In this document: positions 27,515 to 36,371 of the stretch, in pieces
Position numbering within the stretch: the stretch's first letter is position 1
Layout of the letters: the number at the start of each line of letters is the position of its first letter
Source of the DNA: Spirochaetia bacterium
GTDB lineage: Bacteria > Spirochaetota > Spirochaetia > CADAEX01
Length of the DNA: 64,000 bases
NCBI GenBank assembly: GCA_963662795.1
Contig: OY759746.1
Span: 96,001-160,000, forward strand
Direction: 5' to 3'
Made by a program: the position numbers and the translations under genes
Notes under the pieces: generated by a model
Seen by the model: only the letters and a program-made list of their open reading frames with translations
Told to the model about the DNA's origin: nothing
Databases searched by the model: none

Positions 27515-27634
27515 CTGCTCCCCCTCTGTGTTTTAAAAACATATACCCTATATAGAATTATTTACAATCTGATATTAATTAGGTATTAACAGGCTTTTAA
27601 GGAGGATTCGGCTGAGATTTTTGGGACTGTAAAA

Positions 27635-28870
27635 TCAGAGTTTGCTTTTTTCCTGAAGGAGATGCATGAAACTCTCATACTCTTTTGACTCAGGATCAAG
27701 TCTCAAGGCTTCCTCGCAGTCAAGTCTTGCGGCAAGATAATCTCCGGAATGATAGTAAACCTGTGCCTTTGCAAACCAGAATTCACTCTGATACGGATCA
27801 AGCGCCACTGCCTTTTTTAAATCTTCACGGGCTTCCTGATATTTCTTCATCATCCGGTAGGTTATTCCCCGCAGATACAGGGTCCTGCTGCTTTGCGGAT
27901 TTATGGCAAGGGAATTTGAAAAATCATCAAGTGCTTCCTCATAACGCGATTCAGCAAAGTGAACCATTCCCCTGTGCACATACACAAGGGCTTTTACCTT
28001 CTCATCTTCATGCTCAAGTATTTTTGAATAGATTTTTATTGCTTTCTGATATTGCCCGCTGTTATGGGCAAGCAGTCCCCTTAAAAGCAGATCGTCCAGA
28101 CTCAGTGATGCACTGGTCTGCAAGTCGAAATCGTCATCAGCGCTTTTATTTTTTAAAATTGAAGGACTGCCGTATAAAAGACCTACGGGCATTGTTCTGT
28201 TAGAAACAGTTTCAGAAAAATTCCTTCTCCTCTGGACAAGTTCCCACTGTAGCTGCCTCTGATAATCCCTGATCTCCTGAAAGATTGTATCAGACAGGGT
28301 CAGGTTCGCGTTCAAAGCTGCAAGTTTGCGTTTTAAAGGCTTGTCGAATGGATTGAACTTAGCCTTGTAAACAAGCTCATGTTCGACCTCTGCCCACGCA
28401 TCCTGAAGAATTGTGCGGATCTGGATTTCAGCACATTCAACAGGTATCCCTTCAGGATCAAGCGGCGGAACAGGCAGAGCAATGAGAAGATGGGTTGCCT
28501 CATAGCCGAATTCCTTGTAAGAATGTTTGTCCCCTTTTTTTTCAGTCTCAACAACATGAAAAAGTTCCCTGATTACGTCCTCAACATCGCCTAAAGTTTC
28601 AAGGAAAGGGCACACAATTCTTATCCCCAGCAGATCGGTCAGATATATTTTATCAGATTCCGGGGACTCTCTCAGTTTAAGAAGCATTTTTTTAAAATAA
28701 CTCTCAAATGATTTGACCCTGTATTTTAGCGAAGCACGAATCTTTCTGGCGGAAAGCTCCTGCTCAATCCTTTTTACAACATCGCTTAATATCCTCCGGT
28801 ACGTTTCTTCTCTTGAAATATAATTTTTTTCAAGCGCAGATCTTTCAGTATATGCAGTTTTGTCAGCCAC
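27635..28870 (-). CDS. RelA/SpoT-type (p)ppGpp synthetase domain fused to TPR repeats (small alarmone synthetase)
   Basis: RVKSFES..KK, DLLGIRIV, GYEATH, EIQIRTILQDAWAEVEH..YK; about 4 TPRs; GTG start 28870 after GGAGG. Confidence 0.9.
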   Translation of the reverse strand: MADKTAYTERSALEKNYISREETYRRILSDVVKRIEQELSARKIRASLKYRVKSFESYFKKMLLKLRESPESDKIYLTDLLGIRIVCPFLETLGDVEDVIRELFHVVETEKKGDKHSYKEFGYEATHLLIALPVPPLDPEGIPVECAEIQIRTILQDAWAEVEHELVYKAKFNPFDKPLKRKLAALNANLTLSDTIFQEIRDYQRQLQWELVQRRRNFSETVSNRTMPVGLLYGSPSILKNKSADDDFDLQTSASLSLDDLLLRGLLAHNSGQYQKAIKIYSKILEHEDEKVKALVYVHRGMVHFAESRYEEALDDFSNSLAINPQSSRTLYLRGITYRMMKKYQEAREDLKKAVALDPYQSEFWFAKAQVYYHSGDYLAARLDCEEALRLDPESKEYESFMHLLQEKSKL

Positions 28871-29066
28871 ATAGTCCTCCCGCATTTGAATAAGGATATA
28901 CTGCATCTGCAGTTTTAATTGTATTGCCTGCAGGGCTCTCAGGCTTATCCCGGAATTTTATTTCATGGTCTTTATTTATTCCGATTTTAACAATTATCAT
29001 AAAAACAAATAACAGGGTTATAAAAAAAACATATGCTGCAAAAAGTACTTTATTGCTGTTTCTCAT
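28863..29066 (-). CDS. Small single-TM hypothetical protein
   Basis: RBS GGAG, one TM helix; its stop overlaps the GTG start of the synthetase (GTGGCTGA). Confidence 0.55.
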   Translation of the reverse strand: MRNSNKVLFAAYVFFITLLFVFMIIVKIGINKDHEIKFRDKPESPAGNTIKTADAVYPYSNAGGLCG

Positions 29067-29100
29067 CAATCTCTCCAGTTTTTAGTCCCCGGTCTTCTGT

Positions 29101-29880
29101 TTATATACCATCCCGGACCTGCACCTCTTTAAGTCTGAGATATGAAACAAACCAGAATAATGGAGCAATTAATATAAAATATAACAGGCGCAGTGTTTTT
29201 ACAAATACAGATATTATTCTTTCAAATTCAACGTAAATTAAAGAATAATCCGATAAGTCAAAATTCTTTCCAAATCCATAGCTGAAAAATATACTGATAT
29301 CACTGCTGAAAATAATTCTTGCAAGAACAGAGGCAATTATTACGGTAATCACTGAAAAAACAAACAATGACAACAGGGTTTTAAAGAAATGCATTTTCCG
29401 GAAATACACAGAGCCCAGGAAAAACAGACTTGAGTTTATAATATAAACAGGGAAAGTCCTGAATATTTCCGCTGAAAACGGATTAAAATGCGGAAGTCCG
29501 GCATTAAAAGCATAATTTACGGAAATAACTGCGGCAAAAGAACTGATTGAGTAAAGAACAAGCGAAAACAGTATCCACACAATAGTAGTCGTTAAAAGCC
29601 GGTGTATGAATTTCTCAATAACAGAAGCCGGCAAAAGCAGATAAACGCTGTTTCTGTCGCGCTGATGTATTTCACGAAAACAGGCGGAAGTATAAACAAA
29701 TCCCCCTGTATACAGAAACAACGGATAAAGAGCAGTATGTTCAAAAGCTGATTCATTTATCAGAAAAAAAATAAAAACCGATACCGCAGCAGAAGCAATA
29801 ATCAGGGATTTCAAGTCTTCCCTGAAATCTCTTTTAAAAAGCAGATAGATTCTGTAAGGGTTGATTTTCAGCATTTTCAT
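29101..29880 (-). CDS. ABC-2-type exporter permease
   Basis: About 6 TMs, LLLPAS..EKF motif; overlaps the ATPase stop. Confidence 0.8.
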   Translation of the reverse strand: MKMLKINPYRIYLLFKRDFREDLKSLIIASAAVSVFIFFLINESAFEHTALYPLFLYTGGFVYTSACFREIHQRDRNSVYLLLPASVIEKFIHRLLTTTIVWILFSLVLYSISSFAAVISVNYAFNAGLPHFNPFSAEIFRTFPVYIINSSLFFLGSVYFRKMHFFKTLLSLFVFSVITVIIASVLARIIFSSDISIFFSYGFGKNFDLSDYSLIYVEFERIISVFVKTLRLLYFILIAPLFWFVSYLRLKEVQVRDGI

Positions 29881-30755
29881 CTGCCTGCATCCTCCCTTTC
29901 CAGTATACTTGCAATTAACCCATGCTTTTGAATAACAGCATTGAATAGTACCTCTATATCAATATTCTTACCGTATAATCTGCCATCACTCCCTGTTCCT
30001 CCGCGCTGTTCTCCGTCAATCTCTGAAAGAACGGCCCATCCTCCGGGAACTTTCTCTGCATGAATAATTTTATCTCCGGATGGAGGGAAAGGAGAAAACG
30101 AATAATCAATTTTCTTTGCCACTTCATCCATATTGTAATTAAAAATAATTGAACCGTTATCCACTATGATAACCGGATCAATAAGATCTTCCATATCCCT
30201 GACCTGATGTGTTGAAATTATTATGCAGCTTTCTTCTGTTGCAGCAGATGATACAAGCCTTCTGAACTGGCTTTTTGAAGGGATATCAAGTCCGTTTGTA
30301 GGTTCATCAAGAAGTATTACTCCGGAGCAGGTTGCAAGTCCGAAAGCTATAAGAAACTTTTTTTTCTGGCCGTAGGACAGAGCTGTCAGTTTAATGCTCA
30401 TATCAAGCTCAAAATCCGAAACCAGCAACCTGAATTTGCTTTCATCAAATAAAGGGTAGAAGGGAGCATAAATACCGGCATAGCTGCTGCCTGTTAATGC
30501 GGGTAAATAAAATTCTTCCGGCAGATAAAACAGCCTGGAGAGGAATTCAGGGTCTCCTTTATCCGGGATAAAACCTGATATATTACATTCACCGGCATCC
30601 GGATAAAGGAGACCGGAAAGTATTTTAAGCAGAGTACTTTTCCCTGCGCCGTTTTTTCCAAGCAGTCCGTAAAGCCCTGCTCCCATAGTGAGATTCATAT
30701 CTCTGAAAAGTCTTTTTTTATCATAACCGAATGAAAGGTTATTCACCCCGATCAT
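29877..30755 (-). CDS. ABC transporter ATP-binding protein
   Basis: GKNGAGKST, LSYGQKKK, LLDEPTNGLD, STH. Confidence 0.93.
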   Translation of the reverse strand: MIGVNNLSFGYDKKRLFRDMNLTMGAGLYGLLGKNGAGKSTLLKILSGLLYPDAGECNISGFIPDKGDPEFLSRLFYLPEEFYLPALTGSSYAGIYAPFYPLFDESKFRLLVSDFELDMSIKLTALSYGQKKKFLIAFGLATCSGVILLDEPTNGLDIPSKSQFRRLVSSAATEESCIIISTHQVRDMEDLIDPVIIVDNGSIIFNYNMDEVAKKIDYSFSPFPPSGDKIIHAEKVPGGWAVLSEIDGEQRGGTGSDGRLYGKNIDIEVLFNAVIQKHGLIASILEREDAGR

Positions 30756-30824
30756 TTACAATCCTGCATAAACTTTGCTGTTCTACTCATATCTATAAAT
30801 CTTATCCTGCATTAATCTTATTAT

Positions 30825-30853
30825 ATTTTACTATCATCTTTGATGATATACAA
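30825..30853 (-). promoter_or_regulatory. Putative promoter of the ABC exporter with a palindrome in its spacer
   Basis: Minus strand TTGTAT-17 nt-TAAAAT; TATCATC-N3-GATGATA at 30832-30848. Confidence 0.4.
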
Positions 30854-30946
30854 GGAAATGAGTATCCTGATTCAAACAGATTCATAATTTATCCGGTTTC
30901 AGTAAGCATTCCGCCGGATAAACCGGATACATGGAACAAACACGGG

Positions 30947-32269
30947 TCATACATTAGTATGATTCATATCTCTTTGCATAAAATCATATACATCGGGAAT
31001 AATACCTTTTCCTTCCATATTTTCAGCACTCTCATCCGGGTCAGGTTTATTCCTGATAATACCTGAAGCTGCCAGATAAGCGGTTGAGAAGCACCCCTGA
31101 AGCAGATACCCTCCGGTAGGGGCTTCCCAGTCAGCCATCTCTCCGATAACGTAATACCCGGGGTATTTTTTAAGCATCAGGTTTTCATCAAGCGAAACAA
31201 GACTCACTCCCCCGGAAGTTGAAATTGCCTCTTCAAGCGGTCTCATACCCTGTAATTCAAGAGGAAGAGATTTAAGTATTTCAGGATTACCGTGAATCAG
31301 CTCCTTAAGGCTGCTGTGAGGAATTATTTCCTTAAGAAGGGCGAATTTTATTCCGGTTATGTTAACTGCTTTTCTCAGATAATTTGAAAGCGTATCCCGG
31401 TCCTGATCTTTTTTTAATTTTTTAATTATCTTATCCAGTGTCAGATCAGGAAGAAGATCGATATAAACTACCGCCCTGTCTGACTTAATTATCTCATCCC
31501 TCAGCGCTGCTCCGGAAAAGTATATACCGCCTCCTTCAATTCCATATGGAGTTACAAGAAGCTCCCCGCGGTTTGATTTGTCCTTGAAATTTACCCTGAT
31601 GTTTTTGAGCGGCCGGTCTGCCCATTTTTCAATGAAAGCATCACTCCACTTTTTTTCAAATCCGCAATTTGCAGCCTTAAGGGGAACAACAGCTACTCCT
31701 GCTTTTTTAAAGATATCAACCCACCTCCCGTCTGACCCGGTCGCCGGCCAGCTTGCTCCTCCAAGCGCAAATACGGCACAGTCAGTTTTTACTTCTATTC
31801 TCTCACCTCGGGATTCATAAACAAGAGTTCTGTCCGGCATTATATCTGCGAGACGGTGATTTGTATAAAGCTTAAAAAGACCTGTTCCGTAAAGAATACT
31901 TAACCATTTATCAAGTATTTCACCGCTTCCTTCCGTTTCGGCAAACACCCGTCCGCTGCTTCCAGTAAAAGTTTTTATGCCGATTGCGTTGTACCAAGTT
32001 ACCAGGTCTGACGGTGAAAAAAGGGTAAGAAGTTTTCTGAAAAAAAATTCATCCTTGCCATACCTGGAAGCAAAAAGATCAGTATTTTCGCTGTTTGTTA
32101 TATTAAGGCCGCTCTGTCCGGCGAGTATATATTTTCTGCCGGGCTGATCTTTCTGCTCATAGAGGTTAACTGCTATATTGTTTTTAACCAGGCAGTAGGC
32201 ACAGAAAAGCCCGGAAGGCCCTCCTCCGGTAATTACAACCTTTTTATTGCTGTCGGAATTATTCAGCAT
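30947..32269 (-). CDS. Second HI0933-like flavoprotein (TIGR03862-like subfamily)
   Basis: GGGPSG, GSSGRVF, LGGASWP.TGSDG, GIEGG, EAISTSGGV, GEMADWEAPTGGYLLQ. Confidence 0.88.
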   Translation of the reverse strand: MLNNSDSNKKVVITGGGPSGLFCAYCLVKNNIAVNLYEQKDQPGRKYILAGQSGLNITNSENTDLFASRYGKDEFFFRKLLTLFSPSDLVTWYNAIGIKTFTGSSGRVFAETEGSGEILDKWLSILYGTGLFKLYTNHRLADIMPDRTLVYESRGERIEVKTDCAVFALGGASWPATGSDGRWVDIFKKAGVAVVPLKAANCGFEKKWSDAFIEKWADRPLKNIRVNFKDKSNRGELLVTPYGIEGGGIYFSGAALRDEIIKSDRAVVYIDLLPDLTLDKIIKKLKKDQDRDTLSNYLRKAVNITGIKFALLKEIIPHSSLKELIHGNPEILKSLPLELQGMRPLEEAISTSGGVSLVSLDENLMLKKYPGYYVIGEMADWEAPTGGYLLQGCFSTAYLAASGIIRNKPDPDESAENMEGKGIIPDVYDFMQRDMNHTNV

Positions 32270-32331
32270 CTGACACCTTTTTCATTGGAAAATATTCCGG
32301 AAATTAAAACAGAAAAAGTCCTAAACTATTT

Positions 32332-32374
32332 GAAAGACAGCAGAATAAGAGTTTCTTTCATTCCGCTGTCTTTC
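32332..32374 (-). terminator. Stem-loop downstream of serA
   Basis: GAAAGACAGC ... GCTGTCTTTC 10-bp stem directly after the stop codon; weak U-tract. Confidence 0.5.
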
Positions 32375-32378
32375 CTTA

Positions 32379-33593
32379 TTAACCAATATCATACTGGGAA
32401 GCCGAAAGGATATCCTTGTTTGACTCGATTATCTTTTTTATTGTTTTGCTCTCAAGAGCGGTATCTATCTGGATATTGGCACAGGCGCCTTCAGCACCGT
32501 TGAATATTACATTCTGCATGCTTTCAACATTTGTATTGCTGTCCCTTATTATATCAAGAACACCCGCAAGAACTCCGACCCTGTTAAAATGGTGAACGCA
32601 GAGCATGTATTTTGCCGATGTCTTTTCAAGAAGATTGACACAGTTCCTGACAGAGCCGGTAGCGATATATTCCTTTACAATTTTTACAGCTTCATCTGAT
32701 ATTGCATTCTGTGCCTGCTTTGTTGAGGCTCCTATGTGATGTGTGCAATATACATTTCCAATCCCTGAAAAATCTGATTTAAAATTCCCTGTTCCTGATG
32801 AAGGTTCCCCGCTGAAAACATCCAGACCTGCCCGTATATTTTTTGATGATACGACATTTTTAAGGGCTTCCTCATCAATTACCTCAGCCCTTGAAGTATT
32901 GATAAAGCAGGCTCCTTCTTTCATCGAGTTGAAAAAATCTTTCCCCAAAAAACCGCGCGTATCATTAGTAAGGGCGAGGTGCACACTTATGATATCAGCT
33001 TTCCCTGCAAGAACCTTTACATCCCTGCAGTATTCGATATCCATACTTTCCGCTTTTTCAGGAGTCATCGACCTGCTCCATGCAGCGACTTTAAGCCCGA
33101 ATGCCTTTGCTCTGCTTATTACCTCGGAACCGATCATTCCTGTTCCGATTATTCCGAGCGTTTTACCGAATATCCCGTCTGCTTTTGAATATTTTTCCTT
33201 ATTCCATATCCCAGCCCTGAAATCTGCTACGTTATCAGGTATTTTTCTGTCAAGGCTTAATATCAGACCTAATGCGAGCTCAGCGACAGCAATTGAGTTT
33301 TTCCCCGGACAGTTTGCGACATAAACACTCTGTTCGGAAGCGGTTGCAATATCAATAGTGTTGTAACCGGCTCCTGCCCTGATGATAAGATTAAGCTTCG
33401 GGTTGGCCTCAATTGACTCTTTCCCCACTTTGGTTGATCTTACAATAATGATATCAGGCAGTTCATCACCAACAGCCTTTGTAAGCGAAGCTTCTTTTAG
33501 TCCCGGATCATACACAACTTTACATCCGAGTGATGTAAATTCCTCAATTTTATTTTCCGGGAATTTATCAGCGATCAGAATTTTAAATCCCAT
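32379..33593 (-). CDS. serA: D-3-phosphoglycerate dehydrogenase-like D-2-hydroxyacid dehydrogenase with ACT domain
   Basis: VRSTK, RAGAGYNTID, GIIGTGMIG, INTSR, LDVF..EP, HIGAST, C-terminal ACT domain. Confidence 0.78.
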   Translation of the reverse strand: MGFKILIADKFPENKIEEFTSLGCKVVYDPGLKEASLTKAVGDELPDIIIVRSTKVGKESIEANPKLNLIIRAGAGYNTIDIATASEQSVYVANCPGKNSIAVAELALGLILSLDRKIPDNVADFRAGIWNKEKYSKADGIFGKTLGIIGTGMIGSEVISRAKAFGLKVAAWSRSMTPEKAESMDIEYCRDVKVLAGKADIISVHLALTNDTRGFLGKDFFNSMKEGACFINTSRAEVIDEEALKNVVSSKNIRAGLDVFSGEPSSGTGNFKSDFSGIGNVYCTHHIGASTKQAQNAISDEAVKIVKEYIATGSVRNCVNLLEKTSAKYMLCVHHFNRVGVLAGVLDIIRDSNTNVESMQNVIFNGAEGACANIQIDTALESKTIKKIIESNKDILSASQYDIG

Positions 33594-33647
33594 AACAAAT
33601 CCTCCTTTAAGTTCTCTGATTCATTATAAGCTGATTCTGAAATTATT

Positions 33648-35381
33648 TCATTCCATAATTTTATTTATTGAGGAGATTAACAGGGATGAATTATACGGTT
33701 TCTGCAAAAACCCAAGTATACCTTCATCATAAAGATTCTGCATATCACTCATATCAAGACTGTAGCCGCTTGATATGAGTGCGTTTATTTCAGGATTGAT
33801 TTCCCTCATAAGATTAAACAGTTCACGGCCGTTCATTCCCGGCATGATCATGTCAAGTATTACAATATCGACTGAGTCGTGGTTTTCCCTGTAAAAAGAG
33901 AGGGCATCAGCACCCCTGCTGAATCTGTGATTTTCCCGTTCAGGAGTCACCTTAAGCATGTCACGTACTGCTTCTTCATCATCAACAACAAGAATTGAAT
34001 AGCAATTTTTAAAATGCATATCTGTAATGCCGGGAGATAGGGGGTTCTCGTTTACGGAAGTAACATTCGGGAGAAAGATGCTGAAAACCGTACTTTTTCC
34101 AGATTCGCCTGATAAAGTGATAAATCCGTTATGCTCATTTACGGTACCGTATACCGCAGAAAGACCAAGCCCGGTCCCCCGCCCCATCCCCCTGGTTGTA
34201 AAAAAAGGCTCAAAAATCCTGTTTTTAATATTTTCAGAAATCCCTTCTCCTGTATCAGAGACCGATATTTTTACATATGTTCCGGGAATTATTTTCCTGC
34301 CGGCTTCGAGGATGAACATTTTATCAATACCAGCGTTATCAGAAATATCCATTATAGCAGATGACATTTCAAGTCTGCCTCCGTCGGGCATGGCATCACG
34401 GGCGTTGATTGCAAGATTAAGAATTGCGTTCTGGAGTTGACTTTTAGCACCTTTTACAAATGGATTTTCAGGTCTTAAATTATGTGAAAGAATAATTTTC
34501 CTGTCAATGCTCCGCATGATAATTGTTTCGGTTTCCATGATTAAACTGTTAATATCTACAGGAACTGCATCATGATGCCCCTTCCTCGCAAAAAACAGGA
34601 GCTGCTTTATAAGGTCTGCCGCATTTTTCGAACTGTAAAGAACATTGTCTGCATATCTGATGATCTCCTCATCATCAACACTGTTTTTGATAAGATCCGT
34701 ATACCCGACAATACCTGCGAGCTGGTTATTGAAATCATGGGCAATTCCACTGGCAAGCTGGCCTATGGCATTCATTTTTTCAGACTGCCTGAGCTGAGTT
34801 TCACTTTCCTGCAGCGCATTTTTTGTCTCTATATTGGTTCTGAAAATATAATCACTCAGCTCCTTTTTAAGCAGCTCTGACTGAGCAAGCAGAGTCGTAC
34901 ATTTTCCCATAAGCCGGCTCGACAGCTCTGACGCTTTCAGCCGGTTGTCTTTCCGGATATAAAATTCAAGCAGCAGAATCATCTCTGATGTTATTGAAGT
35001 ATCAGCAATTAGTTCCATTACACGGTAGCTGATCTCTGGGGTCAGGGATTCCCTGTCCATTTTTTCAAGTTTTCGTATAGCACTTTCAAAACTTTCATTG
35101 ATCCTGTACGATGAAGGTTCATATTCATCGATATACCTGTAAAGTTCTGTCCTGGCATTGGCTATATCGGTTGAAATTTCAGAAAGTCTGCCGATAGTCG
35201 GTATAAGAGAATCTGTCAGGCTGCTGAATGTGCTGTTGATTGTAAACCAGCTTATGGCCGATGTGAAAGTAACAATAATAAATATAACAAACATGAAAAA
35301 ATATATTGCAAAGGTTAGTTTACTGTTTTGCTTAAAATCCAATATCACCGGATTTTGCCCTGCGGGACAGCTCTTTCCCAA
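33648..35381 (-). CDS. Hybrid sensor histidine kinase/receiver, apparently with an internal deletion (possible pseudogene)
   Basis: One TM plus helical sensor joined directly to HisKA (GIAHDFNN), HATPase (NARDAM, DTGEG, FEPFFTT, GTGLGL) and REC; second TM missing. Confidence 0.75.
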   Translation of the reverse strand: MGKSCPAGQNPVILDFKQNSKLTFAIYFFMFVIFIIVTFTSAISWFTINSTFSSLTDSLIPTIGRLSEISTDIANARTELYRYIDEYEPSSYRINESFESAIRKLEKMDRESLTPEISYRVMELIADTSITSEMILLLEFYIRKDNRLKASELSSRLMGKCTTLLAQSELLKKELSDYIFRTNIETKNALQESETQLRQSEKMNAIGQLASGIAHDFNNQLAGIVGYTDLIKNSVDDEEIIRYADNVLYSSKNAADLIKQLLFFARKGHHDAVPVDINSLIMETETIIMRSIDRKIILSHNLRPENPFVKGAKSQLQNAILNLAINARDAMPDGGRLEMSSAIMDISDNAGIDKMFILEAGRKIIPGTYVKISVSDTGEGISENIKNRIFEPFFTTRGMGRGTGLGLSAVYGTVNEHNGFITLSGESGKSTVFSIFLPNVTSVNENPLSPGITDMHFKNCYSILVVDDEEAVRDMLKVTPERENHRFSRGADALSFYRENHDSVDIVILDMIMPGMNGRELFNLMREINPEINALISSGYSLDMSDMQNLYDEGILGFLQKPYNSSLLISSINKIME

Positions 35382-36357
35382 ATAGCATTGGTATTACTCC
35401 AGTTTGTCTGATATAATACCGTTTTTTTTCAGATTATCCACAGTTAAAGCTGCCTGCTCAGGTATGTGAAAGCCTAAAGGTATCTCCTTGTATTTTATCA
35501 GCCGGAATATCTCTTTTATCTGGGCCATCTGATGATTTTTTTAAGTGTTCCGGATTTATCGTGTCTGATTACAATATCAACAGCCTCTTCCTGATTCTCC
35601 ATGGCCCATTTCCATCCGCGGAGCGAAGCCCTCACCATCCTTTTGCAGAGGTCCGGATTGTTATCCAGTGTTGATTTTTTTGTAAAAATAATATCCCCGG
35701 GGAAATTCATTCCATAGTCCGCAAAATCAATGATATTGATATCTTCCTTTCTGTATCCGCTTTCAAGCACGCTGAGATATTCATTGTATGTCATCGACTT
35801 GACCGCATCATAAGTATTATCAAGGAAAGGGCGGATACTCCATTTAAGAGGACTGATGCTCATACTGTCAAGTGGAATTTCAAGCTGGCTCATAAGGCTG
35901 TAAAACTCGATTTCATTGCCAAAAAGCCAGATGCCAAGCCTTTTCCCCTTAAAATCGTAAGGGGTTTTAATCCCTGAATCCGCTTTTGCTATCATCACAA
36001 GCCCGTTGCTCTGCAGTATCTGGGCAATTGATATCAGTGAAAGCCCTTTATCTTTTGCAGCCGCAAAATCCGCAAACCACTGTATCCCGAAATCTGAAAC
36101 GCCTGAAGAAACAAGAGACATGGAGTCAATATCAGGAGCACCCGGCCTGATTACAAGGTTTATCCCCTCAGCATTATGAAAACCTTTATCAAAGGCGGCG
36201 TAATAACCTGCGAACTGGCATTGGGTAAGCCATTTAAGGGAGAGTTTAACATTATCCTGTTTCCTGTTCTGGGCCGATAATTCATTAACTCCTGCAAAAA
36301 GGAACAGGGAATTTTAAAGCATAAATTTTCTGCTTTAAAATTCCTTTTTTTCTGCAC
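35345..36357 (-). pseudogene. Frameshifted NMT1/THI5-type ABC substrate-binding protein
   Basis: The frame upstream of ORF 35516-36121 reads VKLSLKWLTQCQFAGYYAAFDKGF..EG; the signal peptide is broken; a further shift at an A7 run near 35536-35542 restores ..HQMAQIKEIF.. Confidence 0.75.
36308..36344. repeat. Perfect 14-bp inverted repeat (terminator-like) after dhaM
   Basis: GGAATTTTAAAGCA-N9-TGCTTTAAAATTCC followed by T7 on the plus strand. Confidence 0.7.
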
Positions 36358-36371
36358 AATAATTTCCTCCA

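Noticed and set aside
27635-29066. toxSAS toxin-antitoxin pair
   Set aside because: The SAS-TPR architecture matches the housekeeping spirochaete type, and the context is not mobile or phage-like.
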